From assembly GCA_019058015.1 (NCBI GenBank), contig JAHLWH010000135.1, positions 1 through 21,560 on the forward strand: a DNA stretch of 21,560 bases, read 5' to 3'. The translations under genes and the position numbers were made by a program. Source of the DNA: Promethearchaeota archaeon. GTDB lineage: Archaea > Asgardarchaeota > Lokiarchaeia > Sigyniarchaeales > SOKP01. Of this stretch, positions 15,791 through 21,560 are shown one piece after another. Below the pieces are notes generated by a model. That model was not told the DNA's origin and did not search any database. It saw nothing but the letters and a program-made list of their open reading frames with translations. Position 1 is the first letter of the stretch; each line of letters begins with the position of its first letter.

Positions 15791-16342
15791 ATGTCTGAAA
15801 CTTTGAAAAATGATCTTTTTGAAAAAATGGGGAACAAAGTTCCCGGAGCTTTTACAACATTGGCAATGGGCTTTGGAATATACCTTTTAATTTCGATTAC
15901 TCTCTTAATTATTATTTTTTTATTGGTATTTATTGGAAATTTTTTTATTCTTGGATTAAATTTATTAACTTTTAAATTTACTGCAGTTCTTTTAATTTGT
16001 CTGATATTTTCTACTATACCAATCGGGGGGATTTACATTACATTAACTATTTTAATAAAAAATGTTCCAGAATTAATACTTGCTATGTCTATTGAAATAA
16101 ATATTTGGATTTGGATAATATATATTATCTGTTTCATTATTGGTATGGGAGTCTATTTATTCAATACAATCTCTCAATTTTATGTAATTTTTATTGTAGA
16201 TTATCCAACACCTCAATTAAAGAGAAAAAATCAAATATCTTCAATTTTAATATTAATTTCTTCAGCTATAATTGGAGTTATAATAGGAATCAATTTCGAT
16301 ATGATCTTTTTATCCATTGCCACATTTATATTTAACATATAA
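15791..16342 (+). CDS. Multi-pass (about 4-5 TM) hypothetical membrane protein
   Basis: Almost continuously hydrophobic, with short polar loops. ATG 15791 is preferred over TTG 15767. Confidence 0.75.
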   Translation: MSETLKNDLFEKMGNKVPGAFTTLAMGFGIYLLISITLLIIIFLLVFIGNFFILGLNLLTFKFTAVLLICLIFSTIPIGGIYITLTILIKNVPELILAMSIEINIWIWIIYIICFIIGMGVYLFNTISQFYVIFIVDYPTPQLKRKNQISSILILISSAIIGVIIGINFDMIFLSIATFIFNI

Positions 16343-16360
16343 AAAAAATTGGGGAATTAC

Positions 16361-17209
16361 ATGAACGTCTGGATTGTTGACAGTGAATCAGGAGTTACAA
16401 TTTTATATAAAGATTCCCTTGGATTAGAAATTGATGAGGATTTAGTATCAAGCCTTCTAACAGCATTAAATTTATTTTCTAAACACGAGCTTGATCAGTC
16501 TGGGATTGAATCTATTGATATGAGTGGCCTTAAATGGGTATATAGTCATGCTCCAGAATTTACTCTGTTATTTATTGCAGCAGATAAGAAAGAAACTCAT
16601 GCTGAAATTCTTAGATCTCGATTAATTGTAATTAAGAAAGATTTTCTTTCTCATTATGCTAAAACATCATCCGAATGGAAAGAAAAATGGAAAGGTTTAG
16701 TCAAACCATTTAAATCTTATGGAGATCAAATCGATGAGTTTATGGTTCAATGGAAAGAAACCGAAAAAATCGAATCTTATGGAATTTTATTTGACTCACT
16801 GGGAGTATTTCAGCAGATTTTGAATATTTGTGCTACTGTAATTGAGAAATATATCTCTGGATTTAGAAAAGAGCGTATTTATAGAAATATCGAGAATTTC
16901 TATTCTAGATTTATAGAAGCAATTCAATCAGATAAAGATAAGGAACTATCTAAGATCAAGTTTTCAAAAGAGCATGATTGGAATATTTTAAATATTAACG
17001 TGAGTATTGCAGATCCGCAAACAATACCAAGAGTATTTCTTGATATTGTGAAAATGATGAAAAATTTTATATTTTATGAACTCGGAAATGAGAAAGCTTT
17101 AGATGCCTTTAGCGAAGAGCTATATCCTTATCTCTTAAATAATTGGAATCAATTACAGCAATTAAACCTTGAAAAACCTTTATTCAGTATTTTCTTAAAC
17201 TATACTTAA
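16361..17209 (+). CDS. Asgard longin/roadblock-like N-terminal domain protein with a helical C-terminal region
   Basis: VWIVD..SG.TIL......ID.DLVS.LL.AL..FS..EL....IESI.M...K.VY......LLFI.A......I...L..I...F..Y follows the beta-beta-alpha-beta-beta-beta-alpha longin-like pattern. GGGGA lies upstream of ATG 16361; the alternative start is TTG 16349. Confidence 0.7.
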   Translation: MNVWIVDSESGVTILYKDSLGLEIDEDLVSSLLTALNLFSKHELDQSGIESIDMSGLKWVYSHAPEFTLLFIAADKKETHAEILRSRLIVIKKDFLSHYAKTSSEWKEKWKGLVKPFKSYGDQIDEFMVQWKETEKIESYGILFDSLGVFQQILNICATVIEKYISGFRKERIYRNIENFYSRFIEAIQSDKDKELSKIKFSKEHDWNILNINVSIADPQTIPRVFLDIVKMMKNFIFYELGNEKALDAFSEELYPYLLNNWNQLQQLNLEKPLFSIFLNYT

Positions 17210-17249
17210 AAGACAAATATAAAATGTAAAACAAATTAATTAATTTTTA

Positions 17250-19988
17250 CTATATCTTTTCTGTAAGATAACTATCAATCTCAGCTGCAGCTCTCTTTCC
17301 TGCTCCCATTGCTGAAATAACTGTCGCACTACCAGTCACAATATCTCCACCCGCATAAATACCTTCCAGATTTGTCTTTCCATGTTCACCGGTTTCAATA
17401 TACCCCCACTTATTAAGTTTTAACTCAGGGATTGAATTTGTAAGAATAGGATTTGCTTTTGTCCCAATTGCTATAATTATCGTATCTGTATCTATTTTAT
17501 ATTCTGAATCTTCAATTGGAATAGGGCGTCGTCGCCCAGAATCATCAGGTTCTCCTAATCTCATTTTAATAACCTCCATTTGCTTAACCTTTTCATTTTG
17601 ATCTCCAATAAAGCTCACTGGATTGGTTAAAAATTGAAATTCAATTCCTTCTTCAATCGCATGATGATATTCTGCTCTCCTTGCAGGCATTTCTTTTTCA
17701 GATCTCCTATACACAACAATTACTCTTTCAGCACCTAATCTCAATGCAACTCTTGCTGAATCCATAGCTACATTTCCCCCCCCGAGAACTGTTACAATTT
17801 TTCCTATTTTAATAGGTGTATCATATTCTGGAAATTTATAGGCTTTCATTAAATTTGCTCTTGTAAGAAATTCATTTGCCGTTAAAACGCCATTTAAACC
17901 TAAACCGTTTACTTTAATGAATGTAGGTAATCCTGCACCTACTCCAATAAAGAAAGCCTTGAACCCCATAGATTTTAAATCTTCTATAGTTAATATCTTT
18001 CCAACTATCTTATTATATTCAATTTTGCCTCCTAATGTTTTTAATGTTTCGATTTCTTCTCTAACTATTTCTTTTGGTAATCTAAATTCTGGTATACCAT
18101 AAACTAGCACACCTCCTCCCGTATGAAATGCTTCAAAAATTGTTACATCATATCCTCTCATTAAAAGCTCCCCGGCGCAAGTTAAACCTGCAGGACCTGC
18201 GCCAATGATTGCTACTTTAATATTTCTTGGAGCTTGACAATCAGGACATGCTTTAAGTTCATTTGCTCGGTCCCAATCAGCAATAAATCGTTCTAAGTTA
18301 CCAATTGCAATTGGTTTTGAAACAGAACCTAATAAACATGTTTGTTCGCATTGTATTTCTTGAGGACACACTCTCCCACATATTGCCGGTAATAAATTAT
18401 ATGTTTTTACATTATTGATGGCATCAGAAAATTTCTCTTGTCTTAAAAATCTTATAAATTTTGGAATATCAACATTAACGGGACAACCCTCAATACATAA
18501 AGGATTTCCGCATTGTAAACATCTTTGAGTCTCTAATTTTACCATCTCTGGGGTATATCCCTTTGGGACCTCCTGGAAGTTGTTTTTTCTTACATTTGGG
18601 TCTTGTTCAATTATTTTTTGTCTCGGAATTTCTTTATACATTTTTAATTTGGATTTAGCAATTTTACTTAAAGTTATAAAACTTTTACTGTCCTCTTCAA
18701 TTTTTTTCTGTTCGATTAATTTCAGATTAAAAGCTTGCTGAAATAAATCCACTCCTTTACTTGTTCTTGTAATAATTGTAGACCAACCCGGTTCAGATCC
18801 AATTGAGCCAACAGAAAGATCAGAAAGCTCAGAAGTTAAATCATCACATAAAAAACATCCAAATCGACCATATTTTTTTATCTTTTTTATCGGAATATCA
18901 AAGAAATCCTTATTTTTTTTATAAATAATAAACCGTCCTTTGTTGATATCCATTTTTTTAATTTCTTCAGGAATTATTAACCTTCTAGTAAGAAATTCAT
19001 TCTTTAAAATATCAAGTATCTTTTCATAATCAAATGATTCCATACAAAATAATCCTATTTTTAGCGCAATATTATTATAAAAGGGTTCATTAAGTGGATA
19101 AACCGAAACTTTTCTGAGAGCCTCCAAAACACAAGGAGTTCCTACAACTGCAATTTTCTTGAATTTTTTTGAATTTTGTAAAATTTTTAATGCGTGAGCA
19201 TTACTATATCTTGTCCCCGCACTTTTTAATAAATCTTCTTCATTTTCAATCAAAAGGGGTAATGGCTCATGTGGTTTTTCTGACACACCAACTACTAAAG
19301 CGGCATCAATTATTTTCTGTTTAAACGCGGTTTTTAGTAATGTTGTCACAATACCCCCATCTTGTGCAACTCCTTTAATGAGATTATCTTTTGTTTGTGC
19401 TGAATAGATTTCCCTATAGTTATTAAATTCTTTCAAGTATTTTATATCAGTATCGAGTTTTTCTTGATCTGACTTTAATTCTTTGGGAAAAAATGAGCGA
19501 TGGCAACAAGCGTAGCATAAACCACAATTGATGCATAAGTCATCATCAATAATTAAAGTGTCATTTAAGAAATTTATTGCATTAGTCGGACAAATCGAAA
19601 CACATAACCCACAACCACTACAAATTTTTTTATCCCTTATTATTGAAACATTTGGAAATAATCCTTCCTTCTCATTTTTTTCTTCGATACTTTGATAAAA
19701 TTCAGATATCTCTCCAATAAACTCCAATAATCCTAATTCCTTTAAATATTCGATATCATAAATTAATCTTTCTTCGGAAATTTTTAATTCTTCTTTTAAT
19801 TTTTGGATATCAATTCTTCCCAATTCCTTTATTCTTTTCAAAACTTTCTCTCTTTCATTTTCAGCTTGCATCAGAGAATTAATAAATTCTTCAAACTCAA
19901 CCTCATTATATTTCTTAGAATCGAGAATTTTCTGTTTATTATCGATTAAAACTTCAATTAAAGGTGATACTTTTTCCATTTTAACCAT
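17250..19988 (-). CDS. nfnB: Fusion protein: wHTH-like N-terminus + 2x[4Fe-4S] ferredoxin + FrhB-type F420/FAD domain + complete NfnB/SudA (NfnL) large subunit
   Basis: From aa 123: CSGCGLCVSICP and CINCGLCYACC. FrhB motifs AQDGG.VT.LL, AGTRY, VGTPC, IGLFCMESF, GC..C.D...ELSD.SVGSIGS..GWST.I.RT..G. From about aa 455, NfnB motifs R..NF.EV..GY, RCLQC..P.C..GCPV, CGRVCPQE.QCE..C, IG.LERF, GAGPAG, YGIPEFRLPK, GGGNVAMD, YRR and GGDIVTG.ATVI.AMGAG. Confidence 0.93.
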   Translation of the reverse strand: MVKMEKVSPLIEVLIDNKQKILDSKKYNEVEFEEFINSLMQAENEREKVLKRIKELGRIDIQKLKEELKISEERLIYDIEYLKELGLLEFIGEISEFYQSIEEKNEKEGLFPNVSIIRDKKICSGCGLCVSICPTNAINFLNDTLIIDDDLCINCGLCYACCHRSFFPKELKSDQEKLDTDIKYLKEFNNYREIYSAQTKDNLIKGVAQDGGIVTTLLKTAFKQKIIDAALVVGVSEKPHEPLPLLIENEEDLLKSAGTRYSNAHALKILQNSKKFKKIAVVGTPCVLEALRKVSVYPLNEPFYNNIALKIGLFCMESFDYEKILDILKNEFLTRRLIIPEEIKKMDINKGRFIIYKKNKDFFDIPIKKIKKYGRFGCFLCDDLTSELSDLSVGSIGSEPGWSTIITRTSKGVDLFQQAFNLKLIEQKKIEEDSKSFITLSKIAKSKLKMYKEIPRQKIIEQDPNVRKNNFQEVPKGYTPEMVKLETQRCLQCGNPLCIEGCPVNVDIPKFIRFLRQEKFSDAINNVKTYNLLPAICGRVCPQEIQCEQTCLLGSVSKPIAIGNLERFIADWDRANELKACPDCQAPRNIKVAIIGAGPAGLTCAGELLMRGYDVTIFEAFHTGGGVLVYGIPEFRLPKEIVREEIETLKTLGGKIEYNKIVGKILTIEDLKSMGFKAFFIGVGAGLPTFIKVNGLGLNGVLTANEFLTRANLMKAYKFPEYDTPIKIGKIVTVLGGGNVAMDSARVALRLGAERVIVVYRRSEKEMPARRAEYHHAIEEGIEFQFLTNPVSFIGDQNEKVKQMEVIKMRLGEPDDSGRRRPIPIEDSEYKIDTDTIIIAIGTKANPILTNSIPELKLNKWGYIETGEHGKTNLEGIYAGGDIVTGSATVISAMGAGKRAAAEIDSYLTEKI

Positions 19989-20865
19989 TCTCCTTAAAAA
20001 ATTTTTTTAATGCTTTACATTCACGATCATATAATTCTAGTGATTCTTTTTCTTGCTTTTCAAATCTTTTTGCACGCTTTAAAAGATTATCAAAATCTAC
20101 AATATGTCCATCAACATCAGGTCCATCAACACATGCAAATCCTATTTTTCCATCAATTGTTGGAAAACGACAACCGCCGCACATTCCAGTACCGTCAATC
20201 ATGATTGTATTTAAGGATACAATTGTTTTAACTTTAGGTAATCCATCAAAACCATTAGTTGTAAGAGCCACGTATTTCATCATAATTAATGGTCCTATGG
20301 CAATTACAATACTCAATTTTTCTCTTTTTAATAAATCCTTTAATGGTTCTGTTACAACACCTTTTATACCCTCTGACCCATCATCTGTACAAATAATTAA
20401 TTCATCACTTACAGATCCCATTTTATCTCTCCAAAATAACAACTCCTTATTTCTAGCGCCTAATATTGAAATAATTTTATTTCCTACTTCTTTTAATTCC
20501 TTTGCCTGCGGGTAACAAGGCGCTATTCCCACTCCACCTCCAATAATCACAACGGAATATTCATATTTTTTAATGTGAATTTTATTTCCTAAGGGACCAA
20601 CAACATCAAGAATCGAATCTCCAACATTTTGATGGAAAAGTAATTTTGTACTTTTTCCAGCAATTTGAACTACTGTTGTTATTGTTCCCTTTTCTCTATC
20701 ATAATCAGCTATTGTTAAAGGAATCCGTTCTCCTGTTTCATTAATTCGAACTAAAACAAAATTCCCAGCATAGGCTTTTTTGGCAATTAAGGGAGTTTCT
20801 AGCACCATTTCAAATACGATACCGCTCCCTCCCAATTCTCTTTTTTCTAAAATTTTATATGGCAT
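19981..20865 (-). CDS. nfnA: NfnA/SudB (NfnS) small subunit, FAD/NAD-binding with [2Fe-2S]
   Basis: GERIPLTIAD, GPLG, GGGVG.AP, TDDGS.G.KG.VT, GPL.MMK, IM.DGTGMCGGCR and FACVDGP..DGH.VDFD.L..R. Overlaps the downstream fusion gene by 8 bp. The start is more likely ATG 20865 than TTG 20901. Confidence 0.94.
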   Translation of the reverse strand: MPYKILEKRELGGSGIVFEMVLETPLIAKKAYAGNFVLVRINETGERIPLTIADYDREKGTITTVVQIAGKSTKLLFHQNVGDSILDVVGPLGNKIHIKKYEYSVVIIGGGVGIAPCYPQAKELKEVGNKIISILGARNKELLFWRDKMGSVSDELIICTDDGSEGIKGVVTEPLKDLLKREKLSIVIAIGPLIMMKYVALTTNGFDGLPKVKTIVSLNTIMIDGTGMCGGCRFPTIDGKIGFACVDGPDVDGHIVDFDNLLKRAKRFEKQEKESLELYDRECKALKKFFKENG

Positions 20866-21151
20866 TCTTATATACCAATTTCTATTTCTCTTAAGTTTCA
20901 ATAATATTAAATTAAATTTAACCTTTCTATTTTATTTTAAAAATTGAAATCCAATATTTAAAAAAAATGAAAAATTCAATTTTAACTTAAAAAAATAAAA
21001 ATTGTCAATTTTTTTTTATTTAACACTATAGAAAATATTTTTTTATATGATTTCTATAGCAATTCAAGAAATTTCAAGCACGTATATGCCTATTCAAAAT
21101 TAAATTTAGAAAAAGTATCAACAATAATTAGAGATAAAATTTAATATTATA

Positions 21152-21560
21152 TTAAATCCAACCTCTTAGTTTCATAGCATCGACAACTCTCTCAACGGAT
21201 ATCATGTAAGCACCCATTCTATTATTAGTCTCATTCAGATTGGCTCTTAATATGGTATCTTTATATGCTTTTGTCATTATTCTATTTAATAGATTATCAA
21301 CCTCTCGTGCAGTCCAACGATGTAAATAAAATCCCTGAATCATCTCAAAATAACTGACAGTTACCCCTCCTGCATTACATAGAAAATCTGGAATAACAAT
21401 AATATCCTTCTCAAATAATATCTCATCTGCAGCAGGAGTTGTTGGTCCATTTGCAAGTTCCACTATAATTTTTGCCTTAATATTCGTTGCATTTCTTTTT
21501 ATTATTGCATTTTCTAATGCTGCAGGAATCAGTATATCACAATTTAATTCAAATAAATCC
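21152..21560 (-). CDS. gdhA: Glutamate dehydrogenase (Glu/Leu/Phe/Val family), C-terminal part; begins beyond the window
   Basis: The frame is open to the window edge: ...[12 protein letters not shown]...[23 protein letters not shown]...[18 protein letters not shown]...AM.LRGW. Confidence 0.95.
   Translation of the reverse strand, partial: DLFELNCDILIPAALENAIIKRNATNIKAKIIVELANGPTTPAADEILFEKDIIVIPDFLCNAGGVTVSYFEMIQGFYLHRWTAREVDNLLNRIMTKAYKDTILRANLNETNNRMGAYMISVERVVDAMKLRGWI

Noticed and set aside
17250-18626. Calling the C-terminal half a glutamate synthase small subunit (gltD)
   Set aside because: It is coupled to an NfnA/SudB-type gene and no GltB domains are in the window, so NfnB fits better.
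12620-20515. ORF-track entries 12620-12823, 14370-14885, 15009-15272, 16105-16335, 17917-18102, 20010-20204 and 20201-20515
   Set aside because: Shadow or alternative-frame ORFs within confidently called genes.
17250-20865. Selenocysteine recoding in the redox genes
   Set aside because: The frames are complete without in-frame TGA, and no SECIS-like hairpin was recognised.

Overview
A very AT-rich archaeal chromosomal segment. The gene content points to an Asgard archaeon, probably Lokiarchaeia-like (inferred from a gelsolin-domain protein, a longin-like protein, a stand-alone RING protein, a Bud23-like methyltransferase, Nre and Mtd). In order, it holds a partial aldehyde:ferredoxin oxidoreductase, Nre, a thioredoxin-fold protein, tRNA-Leu(CAG), a 1DGelX-type gelsolin followed by an unlisted 46-aa membrane microprotein, IMPase/FBPase, uS10 with no canonical start codon, a VapBC pair, a radical SAM enzyme, a Bud23-like methyltransferase, YbhB/YbcL, a divergent GH172 / heparinase-II-III-like pair, Mtd, a RING-membrane protein-longin trio, nfnAB and a partial glutamate dehydrogenase. 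The strongest candidate for an undescribed system is the electron-bifurcating Nfn, whose large subunit carries a fused N-terminal 2x[4Fe-4S] + FrhB-type F420 module. Next are an apparently circularly permuted, doubly membrane-anchored polysaccharide lyase-like protein and the eukaryote-like genes. No CRISPR array, transposase or integrase is visible. All family calls come from motif recognition by eye; no database searches were run.
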